Assembly: GCA_039932235.1 (NCBI GenBank) | Contig: JBDTQJ010000002.1 | Coordinates: 1 to 41,408 of the forward strand | Length of the DNA: 41,408 bases | Direction: 5' to 3' | Source of the DNA: Chloroflexota bacterium | GTDB taxonomy: Bacteria > Chloroflexota > Limnocylindria > QHBO01 | Shown: positions 8,723 through 17,697 of the stretch, in pieces | How the letters are laid out: each line of letters begins with the position of its first letter | Position numbering within the stretch: the first letter of the stretch is position 1 | Position numbers and translations under genes: made by a program | Notes under the pieces: model-generated | Told to the model about the DNA's origin: nothing | Seen by the model: the letters and a program-made list of their open reading frames with translations, nothing else | Database searches by the model: none

Positions 8723-10011
8723 CCGACTGGGGAGCGCTGCGCGACGGCGTCCCGGCCGTCTGGGCGCGCTACACCGATCTCATCATCGAGCGCGGCGACG
8801 GCGCCTGGCTGGAGACGGTCGACGGGCAGCGCTACCTCGACTACACCAGCGGCATCGGGGTCGTGAACACCGGGCACGCCCATCCACGGGTCGTTGCGGC
8901 GATCGCGGAGCAGGCGGCGCGCGGCATCCACCTCCAGCAGAACATCGTCTACCACCAGCCGGGCCTGGAGCTCCACGAGCGGCTGCCGCGGCGCTTCCCG
9001 AATGCGGCCCCCGCGACCGATTACGGGCTCTTCCTCTCCAACTCGGGGGCCGAGGCGATCGAGGCCGCGGTGAAGCTCGCCAAGATGGCCACCCATCGGA
9101 CGAACGTGGTCGCCTTCCGCGGCGGCTTCCACGGCCGGACGCACGGTGCGATGGCGCTCACCAGCTCCGGGGTCAAGTACCGCGGCCACTTCGAGCCGCT
9201 GCTCGGCGGGGTGCACTTCGTGCCGTTCCCCTACCCGCTGCGCCTGGGTGGTGAGGAGCAGGCCCTGGCGACCACCATGGCGGCGCTCGACGAGCTGTTT
9301 GCCACGCTCGTCTATCCCGATGACGTGGCCGCCTTCCTGGTGGAGCCGATCCTCGGGGAGGGCGGCTACGTGGTGCCGCCGGACGGCTTCCTGCCCGCCT
9401 TGCGCGAGCTGGCCGACCGGCACGGCATCCTGCTCGTCGTCGACGAGGTGCAGACCGGCTTCGCCCGCACGGGACGCTTCTTCGCCACCGAATGGACCGA
9501 TGCGCGGCCGGACATCGTGGTCATGGCCAAGGGCATCGCATCGGGGCTGCCGCTGTCGGGGATCATGGCCTCGCGCGAGCTGCTGGCCCGCTTCTCGCCG
9601 GGCGCCCACGGCGGCACCTACGGCGGCAACGCGGTCGCCTGCGCGGCCGCCCTCGCGACCCTCGATGTCATCGAAGACGAGCGACTTGCCGAGCGCGCCA
9701 CGGCCATCGGGAAGCGCCTGCTCGACGGCCTGCGCGCACATGCCGGCGGGCAGCCGTTCGTCGCAGAGGTACGCGGCCGCGGCGCGATGGTGGCGATCGA
9801 GTTCGCCGACCCGGACGGCCTCGCCCCACGGCCGGATCTCGCGAAGCGCCTCCTCGCCGAGGCGCTGGCCCGTAACATGCTGCTCCTCACCTGCGGCATG
9901 CACGGGCAGGTGGTACGGATCATCCCGCCGCTGGTGACCACGGACGCAGAGGTGGACCGCGCCCTCCAGATCATGGGCGAGGGGCTCGACGCCATGAACG
10001 CCACCGAGTAG
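8695..10011 (+). CDS. Class-III PLP aminotransferase (GabT / putrescine aminotransferase-like)
   Basis: The internal ATG at 8695 (MDQHATDLL) overlaps the regulator by 28 nt. Motifs are SGAEAIEAAVKLA, DEVQTGFARTGRFFA and MAKGIASGLPLSG (PLP lysine region). Confidence 0.9.
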   Translation: MDQHATDLLTDWGALRDGVPAVWARYTDLIIERGDGAWLETVDGQRYLDYTSGIGVVNTGHAHPRVVAAIAEQAARGIHLQQNIVYHQPGLELHERLPRRFPNAAPATDYGLFLSNSGAEAIEAAVKLAKMATHRTNVVAFRGGFHGRTHGAMALTSSGVKYRGHFEPLLGGVHFVPFPYPLRLGGEEQALATTMAALDELFATLVYPDDVAAFLVEPILGEGGYVVPPDGFLPALRELADRHGILLVVDEVQTGFARTGRFFATEWTDARPDIVVMAKGIASGLPLSGIMASRELLARFSPGAHGGTYGGNAVACAAALATLDVIEDERLAERATAIGKRLLDGLRAHAGGQPFVAEVRGRGAMVAIEFADPDGLAPRPDLAKRLLAEALARNMLLLTCGMHGQVVRIIPPLVTTDAEVDRALQIMGEGLDAMNATE

Positions 10012-10045
10012 CCGCCCGGCCGCCCGACCAGAAAGAAGGAGAAGC

Positions 10046-10480
10046 GTGAGCGGACCAGTCTGGATCGTCGACGACGAGCCTCTCATCCGCGCGGCCATGG
10101 TGGCGGTGCTGGAGGAGGTCGGCCATGCGGCGGAGGGGTTTGATACCGCCGAGGCGCTCTACACGCGTCTCGTCGATGGCGGCACCCAGCCGGCGCTGCT
10201 CATCCTCGACCACATGCTCCCCGACGAGAACGGCGCGCAGGTCGTCCGTTCGCTGCGCGAGCGCCCGCAGTATCGCGACATCCCGATCCTCTTCTGCACC
10301 GCGGTCGGCGACGAGGACGCCGAGCGGCTGGCCGACCTGGCGCCGGTCATCCGCAAGCCGTTCGACTTCCGCGAGCTGGTCGACTTCGTGGAGCAGCTGC
10401 TCGCCCACGAGGACGACGACGATCAGGCGCTGGCTGGATCCGAGCCGGCGAGCGGCGAGACGCCTGCGCCGTCCGCGTAA
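10046..10480 (+). CDS. Stand-alone response-regulator receiver protein (CheY-like)
   Basis: GTG start preceded by an AAGGAG Shine-Dalgarno. The receiver residues are intact (VDDEP, ILDHMLPD, FCTAVG, IRKPF). There is no output domain and the tail is acidic and low-complexity. Confidence 0.85.
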   Translation: MSGPVWIVDDEPLIRAAMVAVLEEVGHAAEGFDTAEALYTRLVDGGTQPALLILDHMLPDENGAQVVRSLRERPQYRDIPILFCTAVGDEDAERLADLAPVIRKPFDFRELVDFVEQLLAHEDDDDQALAGSEPASGETPAPSA

Positions 10481-11028
10481 GCGGCGAGCACCGAGGCGGG
10501 CACCGGCACGAGAGGCGGCCGCGGGGTGAGGATGGCGCGTGGGTCCCCCGAATCCAGCTCCAGGCGCGCCGCGAGCCACGGCACGCAGCGCCGGCCCTGG
10601 CACTCACCAAAGGCCACTCGCGTCGCCCGCTTGAGCTGATCGACCGTCGACCAGCCGTTTCCGATCGCCCGATACACCGCGTCGCTGCTCACCCCGCGAC
10701 ACGCGCACGCCTGTCGCTCCAGCTCACCGGCAGCCGCCACCGGTGCTCCCGAGCCGAGCAGCGCCTCCAGGCGTCCGTCGCCATTGACGACGCGCAGACT
10801 GCGCGCGCTGACCTCGTAGGGCGTTACGACGGCATCGTCCAGGAGCGCCGCCCGCACCACGTAGCCCTCCGGCACTGGCCAGGCGTCGAAGACGGTCGCG
10901 CCTTCGACGTCGGGGAGGTCGTGGTCATCGATGAGCAGTGTGGCGATCGTCATGCGCCGCACGGGTCGCACGACGAGCGGCCGCCGGTCCGCGGCGCGTA
11001 GACGCTCCCAGGCCGGGATGCCGCTCAC
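10423..11028 (-). CDS. BFD-like (2Fe-2S)-binding protein
   Basis: Cys pattern CAC...(~40 aa)...GECQGRRC in the C-terminal half, as in BFD-like/HcnA-type small subunits. 4-nt overlap with the upstream flavin reductase gene. Confidence 0.65.
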   Translation of the reverse strand: MSGIPAWERLRAADRRPLVVRPVRRMTIATLLIDDHDLPDVEGATVFDAWPVPEGYVVRAALLDDAVVTPYEVSARSLRVVNGDGRLEALLGSGAPVAAAGELERQACACRGVSSDAVYRAIGNGWSTVDQLKRATRVAFGECQGRRCVPWLAARLELDSGDPRAILTPRPPLVPVPASVLAAYADGAGVSPLAGSDPASA

Positions 11029-11576
11029 GGGTCCACCTCCGCGACGGGTGAGAGCGTGCGGTAGCGGCTGCCGAACCAGATGAGCGGATCGACCGACGGG
11101 TCGTAGCCGCCCGCCACGATCTCACCGATGAAGACCGAATGCGTGCCACCCTCGTGGCGCGCCGTCACTCGGCAGTCGAAGTACGCGATCGCTCCCTCGA
11201 GGATCGGGGAGCCGGTCTCGCCCTCGTGCCACGGCGCGTCGCAGAAGCGGCGCAGCTTCTCGGCGGTGGTCGGCTGGGCGAAGCAGTCGGCGACCGCACG
11301 CTGTCCATCGGACAGCACGCTGACCGCGAAGGCGTGGCTCTGCACGATGGCGGTGTGCGTCTCGGAACGCCGGTTCACGCTGGCCAGCAGGAGCGGCGGG
11401 TCGATGCTGATGCTCGCGATGGCGTTCGCCGTCATGCCTGCCAGCAGCGGACCGTGGCGCGCCGCGACCACGGTCACCCCGGTTGCGAAGCGCCCCATCA
11501 TCGACCGCAGGGCGCGCTGCTGTGCGTCCTTCATCGGCGACGCATCCTCGCGGTCGAAGCGGGTCTCGTCGTCCAT
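11025..11576 (-). CDS. Flavin reductase family protein (HpaC/NtaB-like)
   Basis: 183 aa with LRSMMGRFATGVTVVAA and ANAIASISIDPPLLLASV, typical of the flavin_reduct domain. Confidence 0.85.
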   Translation of the reverse strand: MDDETRFDREDASPMKDAQQRALRSMMGRFATGVTVVAARHGPLLAGMTANAIASISIDPPLLLASVNRRSETHTAIVQSHAFAVSVLSDGQRAVADCFAQPTTAEKLRRFCDAPWHEGETGSPILEGAIAYFDCRVTARHEGGTHSVFIGEIVAGGYDPSVDPLIWFGSRYRTLSPVAEVDP

Positions 11577-11584
11577 CGGTCAGG

Positions 11585-11917
11585 TCAGCGATAGCGCTCG
11601 AGCTTTTCGAGGATCGCGTTCGCCGTGCCCCACTGGGCCGGGCTCGCCTCACGGCCCCTGTGCAGGTGCACGAGCGGCACCGTGTTCCAGGTCGGCCCGT
11701 CCTCGCGGGGGATGTGGATGGCCAGGTCGCCGCGGTCGAGGAGCGCCACGATCGTCGCTCCACGCTCTCCGCCGCGCGCCAGGGCACGCTCGAGGGTGCT
11801 GGCGAACTCGGCGGGCGAACCGAACTCGAGCCCGATGCGCATCGCGATGATGCCGCTCGTCGGCGGCAGATTGGCCTGCCGTTCCGGGGGCGGGTCGCGG
11901 TCGACCGCGTTCCTCAT
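11585..11917 (-). CDS. Hypothetical small protein
   Basis: High GC3 throughout. The ATG at 11917 forms an ATGA overlap with the upstream gene stop. An alternative ATG at 11842 would start at MRIGLEFGSPAEF. No family recognised. Confidence 0.5.
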   Translation of the reverse strand: MRNAVDRDPPPERQANLPPTSGIIAMRIGLEFGSPAEFASTLERALARGGERGATIVALLDRGDLAIHIPREDGPTWNTVPLVHLHRGREASPAQWGTANAILEKLERYR

Positions 11918-12324
11918 CGGGAGCCCAGCGCGCTGCCGAAGAGCCATCCGAAGAAGGTGAGGCTGCCGAGCACCGCGAAGCCGACGATCGCCAACAGCAG
12001 CAGGAGGCCGATGGCGCTTGCCCACGTGGGAAGGGCGCCGCCACCGGCGGGTGCCGGTACGGAGCCGGAAGCGACGTACAGCGCCAGCGCGTCGCCGTCC
12101 ACTCGGACCTCGACCTCCTCGTCGAGCGGCATGACGAGAAGGGTCTCTCCGCTGCCGGAGCGGGTCGCCGCGACGAGGGCGCGGGTGCGGTCACCGTCGC
12201 GCACCAGCACGGCATGCTCGCCCGCGACGTTGGTGACCGGCTCTGCGCGCATGGCGCCGCTGCGTCCAATGGGGAGCGGCGGAAGGGATTCCTGCATGCG
12301 CGCCGAGGATAGCAGGCGCTTCAA
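11914..12324 (-). CDS. Hypothetical tail-anchored membrane protein
   Basis: High GC3, a soluble N-part and a single C-terminal TM helix (ASAIGLLLLLAIVGFAVLGSLTFFGWLF). The start is ambiguous, with internal ATGs at MQESL and MRAEP. Confidence 0.5.
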   Translation of the reverse strand: MKRLLSSARMQESLPPLPIGRSGAMRAEPVTNVAGEHAVLVRDGDRTRALVAATRSGSGETLLVMPLDEEVEVRVDGDALALYVASGSVPAPAGGGALPTWASAIGLLLLLAIVGFAVLGSLTFFGWLFGSALGSR

Positions 12325-12334
12325 CGAATCCCGC

Positions 12335-13246
12335 TCAGGCCGGGGAGGCGGCGAGCTCCCTGATGATCGGCTCGAGCGCCGCGACGGTCTCGACGGTGAT
12401 GGGGTCGAGCACCAGCTGCACGTGGCCGATGCCCTCCGCGGCGAACGCGCGCAGGACGGTAGCCAGTGGACCGGGTTCGTGAGGCAGCGCAGTGACGTCG
12501 GGCCGCGAGAGATCGCCGAGCTGGCGCCCCTGCTTTCCGGGGAATTGGACGAACAGCGCCACCGTGCGCTCGACGCTCGCCGGGTCGCGGCCCGCGGCCA
12601 CGCACGCCGCGTCGACCGTCGTCCGCAGCTCGCGGTAGCCCTCGACCGAATTGCCGAACCAGGTGAACCACGCGTTCCAGGCGTCGACGTGCGGAAGCGT
12701 GATGGCCAGCATGCGCGGGCCGATGCTGCCGACCATCAGCGGTGGCCCGTGCGTCCGCGGCCCGCGCGGCAGGAGGACGCAGTCGTCGAGCTCGTAGTGC
12801 TCACCGTGGAAGTCGATTCGACCGTCGCGCAGCAGGGTGCGAATAATAGTGAACGCCTCCTCGAAGCGGCTCACCCGGTGGTCGAACGGGAATCCGAACG
12901 CCCGGTACTCGGCCTCGTTCCAGCCGGCGCCGAGACCCAGGATCAACCGGCCGCCGCTGATCTCGTCGACGGTGGCCGCCTTCTTGGCCAGCATGGCGGG
13001 GTTGTGAAAGCTGGTGGCCGCGACAAGCGGCCCGAGCTCGACGCGCTCGGTGACCGCGGCGATGGCCGCGAGCGTCGACCACGCCTCCCAGGGACCGCGC
13101 TCCGGCAGCCCATCGCCGCGGTAGAGGAGATGGTCGCCGACCCAGATCGAGTCGAGGCCGATGCGTTCCGCGGTCTCCACCATTCGCCGCAGCTCGACCC
13201 ACGGGATGGTGTACTCGACCTCGGGGACCTGGACGCCGATCTTCAT
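12335..13246 (-). CDS. LLM-class (luciferase-like, probably F420-dependent) oxidoreductase
   Basis: MKIGVQVP..., LDSIWVGDHLL, GRLILGLGAGWNEAEY and a ~300-aa length are typical of LLM F420-type oxidoreductases. Confidence 0.9.
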   Translation of the reverse strand: MKIGVQVPEVEYTIPWVELRRMVETAERIGLDSIWVGDHLLYRGDGLPERGPWEAWSTLAAIAAVTERVELGPLVAATSFHNPAMLAKKAATVDEISGGRLILGLGAGWNEAEYRAFGFPFDHRVSRFEEAFTIIRTLLRDGRIDFHGEHYELDDCVLLPRGPRTHGPPLMVGSIGPRMLAITLPHVDAWNAWFTWFGNSVEGYRELRTTVDAACVAAGRDPASVERTVALFVQFPGKQGRQLGDLSRPDVTALPHEPGPLATVLRAFAAEGIGHVQLVLDPITVETVAALEPIIRELAASPA

Positions 13247-13284
13247 CTGCGCATCATGACCGGCTGATCCCCCGTGGCGTCACG

Positions 13285-14187
13285 TCACGCGACCAGCACC
13301 CGATCCAGGGAGGCCAGCGCCTCGTCACGGAGCGCCGGCAGCCCCTCGCGATCGCCGTACAGCGCGAGCACCGCACCCAGGAAGAGGCCAACCACTCGCG
13401 CCCGCACCGCCTGGTCCGGTGCGATCGGTCCGTAGGCCGCCCAGAAGGCGGGCCGGGCGAGGGGTGGCAGCAGGCTCCACGCGGTGTGCAGATCCATCGC
13501 CGGGTCGCCGCGGCACAGGTCGCCCCAGTCGATGATGCCCGTCAGCGGATCCGCGCCGCCAGCGTCGACGAGGACGTGCCGGAAATGGAGGTCGCCATGG
13601 ACCGTCACCCGGCGCGGGCTGAGCGGCAAATCGATCGCCGGCCGAAGGATGTCCTCCGCGACATGCCGATGGTCGACCAGCCCGCTGGCCGCCAGCTCGG
13701 CGATCCGTGCGCGGGCGAAGGGCACGCGGCGCGCCATGTCGACCCTGCCCATCGGGTCGTGGGGCAGGGCGCCGGACAGCTCCGTGTGGTGGAGGGCGCG
13801 CAGGAAGCGCCCCAGCGACGGTGCGAGGCGGGTCCGCGAGGCGTCGTCGAAGTCGGTCGTCGGCTCGTCGCCCGTCAGCAGGCGCGCGCCGAAGAATGGC
13901 CACCCGAACTTCGCGCTGGGCGTGCCCAGGAAGCGGGGCACCGGGATCGGGGCCGGCAGGCGCTGGGCAAATGCCGGAAGCAGGCGCATCTCACGCTCGA
14001 CGCCGGGGATGGCGATCGCGCGGCGCGGGAAGCGGAACGCCCACACCTCGTCGACGACGAACACGGTGTTGTCCCAGCCGGCGGCGAGGAGGCGTACCGG
14101 TGCATCGGCCAGCTCCGGGAACTGGTCGGCGATGAGCTGCCGCGCCAGCGGCTCCTCGACGGCCAGCTCGGGATCCCATTCAGACAT
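13285..14187 (-). CDS. Aminoglycoside/choline-kinase-fold phosphotransferase (APH family)
   Basis: Catalytic loop HGDLHFRHVLVD and metal-binding IIDWGDLCRGDPAMDL. The N-lobe reads GWDNTVFVVDEVWAFRFPR. Confidence 0.85.
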   Translation of the reverse strand: MSEWDPELAVEEPLARQLIADQFPELADAPVRLLAAGWDNTVFVVDEVWAFRFPRRAIAIPGVEREMRLLPAFAQRLPAPIPVPRFLGTPSAKFGWPFFGARLLTGDEPTTDFDDASRTRLAPSLGRFLRALHHTELSGALPHDPMGRVDMARRVPFARARIAELAASGLVDHRHVAEDILRPAIDLPLSPRRVTVHGDLHFRHVLVDAGGADPLTGIIDWGDLCRGDPAMDLHTAWSLLPPLARPAFWAAYGPIAPDQAVRARVVGLFLGAVLALYGDREGLPALRDEALASLDRVLVA

Positions 14188-14219
14188 GGCCGCGGAGTTT
14201 ATCGGTCCGCAGGCGGCCC

Positions 14220-16250
14220 TCAGGCGACTCGGCTGGTTCGCCCGTTGACGTAGTCGACGAGCACATACTCGCCCAGGTGCTCCGGCTCGACGTAGAAGGC
14301 GCGGCCGCGGTTGATGCGCGACATGAGGTCGACGAACTCCGACAGGTAGCGCGAGCGCTCGAGCATGAACGTATTGATGACGATCCCCTCGCGGGTGCAG
14401 CGCCCCACCTCGCGCAGGGTGGACTGCATGGTCTGCATGGTCGGCGGGTAGCTGAACTCGACCTGCCCATTGGCGATGTGCGCCGTCGGCTCGCCGTCGG
14501 TGATCACCACGATCTGCTTGTTGCCGCCGGATTGACGGCCGAGCAGCTGGCGCGCGATCAGCAGGGCGTGCTGCAGATTGGTGCCGTACTCGAACTCGTA
14601 CGGGCTCAGGGTGGCGATCGCTTCCGGCTTGATCTGGCGCGCGTAGTAGGCGAAGCCCACCACGAACAGACGATCCCGCGGGTACTTGGTAGCGATCAGC
14701 GCATGCAGCGCCATGGCCACCCGCTTGGCAGCCGTCGAACAGCCGCGCAGCAGCATCGAGCGGCTCATGTCGAGCAGCAGGACGGTGCTGGCCACCGTGG
14801 TCTCCTCCGACCGATGGACCTCGAAGTCCTCCGGACCGATGACCACGGGCACGCCCGGTCCACGCCGGCCCATGGCGTTGAACAGGGTGCGGTTGATGTC
14901 GACGCTGAAGCGATCCCCGAACTCGTAGCGCTTCGTCTCGTCGGTCGGCTCGCCGCCACGGCCGGGACGCGGCACCGCGTGGCCGCCGAAGCCCTCCCTG
15001 CGGAGGCGGCCGAAGATCTGGGCGAGGGCCTGGGTGCCGAGCTTGCGGGCCGCCCGCGGGGTGAGCTCCAGCCGCCCCCCATCCCGCTGCAGGTAGCCCG
15101 CGTCCTCGAGGGCCCTGGTCAGCTCGGCGAGCTGGTCGAGCTCGTCGATGGCGTCGTCGCCGCCGAGGTCACGCAGCGCGCCGCGGTCGAGCTTGGCGAG
15201 CGCATCGGGGTCGCGAGCGGCGAGCATCTCGGCCTCCATGGCGTCGAACTGCTGCTGCCGGTCGATGGCGGCCAGGGCGTCGCCGAGGCCCATCGGCTCG
15301 TCGCCGCCGAAGGGATACGGCTCGCCGAACGGGAGGTCGGGGCGCGCCTGCTGGAGGTTGCCGGCCAGACGGGCCATGTCCCAGCGCAGGCGGTCATCGC
15401 GCAGCAGGTCGTCCATCAGCTGCTGCAGCTCGGCACGCTGCTGCGGGCTCATGCTGGCGAGCAGCGACGCCATCTGGGACGCCTGGCGGTGGAGGTGCTC
15501 GACGAGCTCATCGACACTGCCGATCCCCGGCGGGAAATACTGGCCGTGGCTGGCCATGAAGCGGTCGAAGTCCGGCCGCGTGTCGGCGCCGCTGGCGTGC
15601 TTCTCCAGCAGCGCGTTCAGGTCCCGAACCATGTCGCGAATGCCGGTCAGATCCTCGGCGGTGACCTTCTCGACGCCGTCGCGGAGGCCGGAGAAGTACG
15701 TCTGCAGTACCTGCTGGCGCAGCTCATCGGTCAGGGAGCGGAAGGCGTCGCGGGCGGCGTCGTCCATGAACTCGTAGTCGGTGAGGCCATGGAGGCGGCC
15801 GGCCGCGTCATCGGGCAGTGCGTCAAGCCGGTCGCGGTGATGCTGCGCCGTGCGCCGCAGGACCTCCTCCGCCATGCGTGCCGCATCCTGGCCCGCTCCG
15901 GGAACGGCGTCCAGCGCCACTTGCTCGGCCTCGCGAACTCGACGCTCCAACCCCTCGCGCTCGAGGCGCAACACCTCGCTCAGCCGATCGGCGATCCCGT
16001 CCAGCACTCCGCCCAGCTGGCTGCGCTCCAGCTCCTCGCGACGACGGGCGCGGAGCCGCTCGATGATGTCGCGGAGCCCCGGCACGTCGCTGCCGCGTGC
16101 GCCCTGCATGCCGCGCTGCATGAGGCGCTGCAGGGCACGACGCACGTCACCCTCCGCAAGCAGGTCGTCGGCGAGCGACTCGAGGACGTCGTCGGCGTCG
16201 AGGGGCGGCAGCTCCTGGCTGCCGTCCCAGCGCGTGTAGCGGATGCTCAT
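14220..16250 (-). CDS. VWA-domain protein with a long acidic/coiled-coil N-terminal half
   Basis: 676 aa with a C-terminal VWA domain and MIDAS-type LLLDMSRSM. Its start lies 16 nt downstream of the ChlI-like AAA+ gene stop. Confidence 0.85.
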   Translation of the reverse strand: MSIRYTRWDGSQELPPLDADDVLESLADDLLAEGDVRRALQRLMQRGMQGARGSDVPGLRDIIERLRARRREELERSQLGGVLDGIADRLSEVLRLEREGLERRVREAEQVALDAVPGAGQDAARMAEEVLRRTAQHHRDRLDALPDDAAGRLHGLTDYEFMDDAARDAFRSLTDELRQQVLQTYFSGLRDGVEKVTAEDLTGIRDMVRDLNALLEKHASGADTRPDFDRFMASHGQYFPPGIGSVDELVEHLHRQASQMASLLASMSPQQRAELQQLMDDLLRDDRLRWDMARLAGNLQQARPDLPFGEPYPFGGDEPMGLGDALAAIDRQQQFDAMEAEMLAARDPDALAKLDRGALRDLGGDDAIDELDQLAELTRALEDAGYLQRDGGRLELTPRAARKLGTQALAQIFGRLRREGFGGHAVPRPGRGGEPTDETKRYEFGDRFSVDINRTLFNAMGRRGPGVPVVIGPEDFEVHRSEETTVASTVLLLDMSRSMLLRGCSTAAKRVAMALHALIATKYPRDRLFVVGFAYYARQIKPEAIATLSPYEFEYGTNLQHALLIARQLLGRQSGGNKQIVVITDGEPTAHIANGQVEFSYPPTMQTMQSTLREVGRCTREGIVINTFMLERSRYLSEFVDLMSRINRGRAFYVEPEHLGEYVLVDYVNGRTSRVA

Positions 16251-16266
16251 GTGCGGCGCTCCGGGA

Positions 16267-17697
16267 TCAGCGCGCGTAGCGGACGCCGCCGCCGCGACGC
16301 TCCTTGTTGAGGCGTCGGTTGAGGTGCAGCCCCTCCAGCACGAACTCGACCGCCGAGGCGACGCCCGCCGGTGATTCCCCCACCTCCAGCCGACTGATGG
16401 CCTGCCGCAGCTCGGGGAGCTCGGCCACCAGCCGTTCGTGGACGACGGAGGGCACCATGTCCCCCACCTCGGCCTCGGCTCCCTCCTCGAAGCGCTCCAG
16501 CAGGGGCGCCAGCTCGCTGACCGCCACGCGCCGGTTGAAGACGTTGATCACAGCCCGCGCCACGAGCTTGTCGATGACCCGATCCTCGCGCGTCTCGTCA
16601 CCGAGCGTCTCCAGCTCGATCTTGCCGGCGGTAGAGGCCACCACCGCCGAGAGATCGCTGATGCGAGGCGCGGCGCTCGGTTCGTCGAGCCGCACGGCAC
16701 GCTTGGTCGCGGCCGCCACCAGCGTCTCGAGGTTGGAGATGCTGACTCGGACGCTGACCCCGGAGCGCTGGCTGACCTCGGTTGAGCGGCGGGCGAGCTG
16801 CGAGAGCTCGGCCAGGATCTCGCGCATGAAGCCGGGAACCTCGACCGGGCGACCCTCCACCGCCTCGTCATCGGTGAAGGCCAGCCGCTCCTGCTCCATG
16901 ATCGCCATCTCGGTCTCGGCATCTTCGGGGTAGTGGGTCCGGATCTGGGCGCCGAAGCGGTCCTTGAGCGGGGTGATGATCCGGCCGCGGCTGGTGTAGT
17001 CCTCCGGGTTGGCGCTGGCGATCACGAACAGGTCGAGCTCGAGGCGCACCGTGTAGCCGCGGACCTGGACGTCGCGCTCCTCCATCACGTTCAGCAGGCT
17101 GACCTGGATCCGCTCCGCGAGGTCGGGCAGCTCGTTGAGGGCGAAGATGCCGCGGTTGGCGCGCGGCAGCATGCCGTAGTGGATGGTCAGCTCGTCGGAC
17201 AGGTACCGACCCTCGGCGACCTTGACCGGGTCCACCTCGCCGATCAGGTCCGCGACGCTGATGTCGGGCGTCGAGAGCTTCTCGGCGTAGCGCTCGTGGC
17301 GGTGGACCCAGCTGATGGGTGTGTCGTCGCCCCGCTCGGCCACCAGGGCCCGCGCGAATGGCGAGATGGGGCCGATCGGATCGTCGCGCAGCTCGGCCCC
17401 GGCGACGGCCGGGATCCACTCGTCGAGGAGGGCAGTCAGCGCCCGCGCGATGCGGCTCTTTGCCTGTCCGCGCTCCCCAAGGAGGATGACGTCCTGGCCG
17501 GCCAGGATGGCGTTCTCGAGCTGCGGCAACACCGTCGCGTCGTAGCCCAGGATGCCGCGCAGCAGCGGTGCGCTGTGTCGGAGCCGCTCGATGAGGTTGG
17601 CACGCATCTCGGCACGCACGCTGCGCGGCCGGTAGCCGGCCTCGCGCAGCTCGCGGAGGGTCGTGATCGGCGGACGGGTCGAGAGATCGGGGGTCAC
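16267..17697 (-). CDS. ChlI/BchI-like AAA+ ATPase
   Basis: GTG start in a GTGA overlap with the upstream gene. Walker A is GERGQAKS, the Walker-B region is IFALNELPDL, and the sensor region ASANPEDY...PLKDRF resembles Mg-chelatase subunit I. Confidence 0.85.
   Translation of the reverse strand: MTPDLSTRPPITTLRELREAGYRPRSVRAEMRANLIERLRHSAPLLRGILGYDATVLPQLENAILAGQDVILLGERGQAKSRIARALTALLDEWIPAVAGAELRDDPIGPISPFARALVAERGDDTPISWVHRHERYAEKLSTPDISVADLIGEVDPVKVAEGRYLSDELTIHYGMLPRANRGIFALNELPDLAERIQVSLLNVMEERDVQVRGYTVRLELDLFVIASANPEDYTSRGRIITPLKDRFGAQIRTHYPEDAETEMAIMEQERLAFTDDEAVEGRPVEVPGFMREILAELSQLARRSTEVSQRSGVSVRVSISNLETLVAAATKRAVRLDEPSAAPRISDLSAVVASTAGKIELETLGDETREDRVIDKLVARAVINVFNRRVAVSELAPLLERFEEGAEAEVGDMVPSVVHERLVAELPELRQAISRLEVGESPAGVASAVEFVLEGLHLNRRLNKERRGGGVRYAR

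Noticed and set aside
14277-16310. 677-aa plus-strand ORF mirroring the VWA gene
   Set aside because: It is antisense to a gene with a clear VWA/MIDAS signature. Its composition (Leu/Ala/Gly/Arg/Val runs, no motifs) is that of a shadow ORF.
14220-17697. Annotating the AAA+/VWA pair as a magnesium or cobalt chelatase
   Set aside because: No ChlH/BchH/CobN-type large subunit and no tetrapyrrole or cobalamin genes are nearby. The VWA protein's N-terminal half is coiled-coil/acidic rather than a second AAA+ module as in ChlD. I therefore call only the family-level ChlI-like fold.
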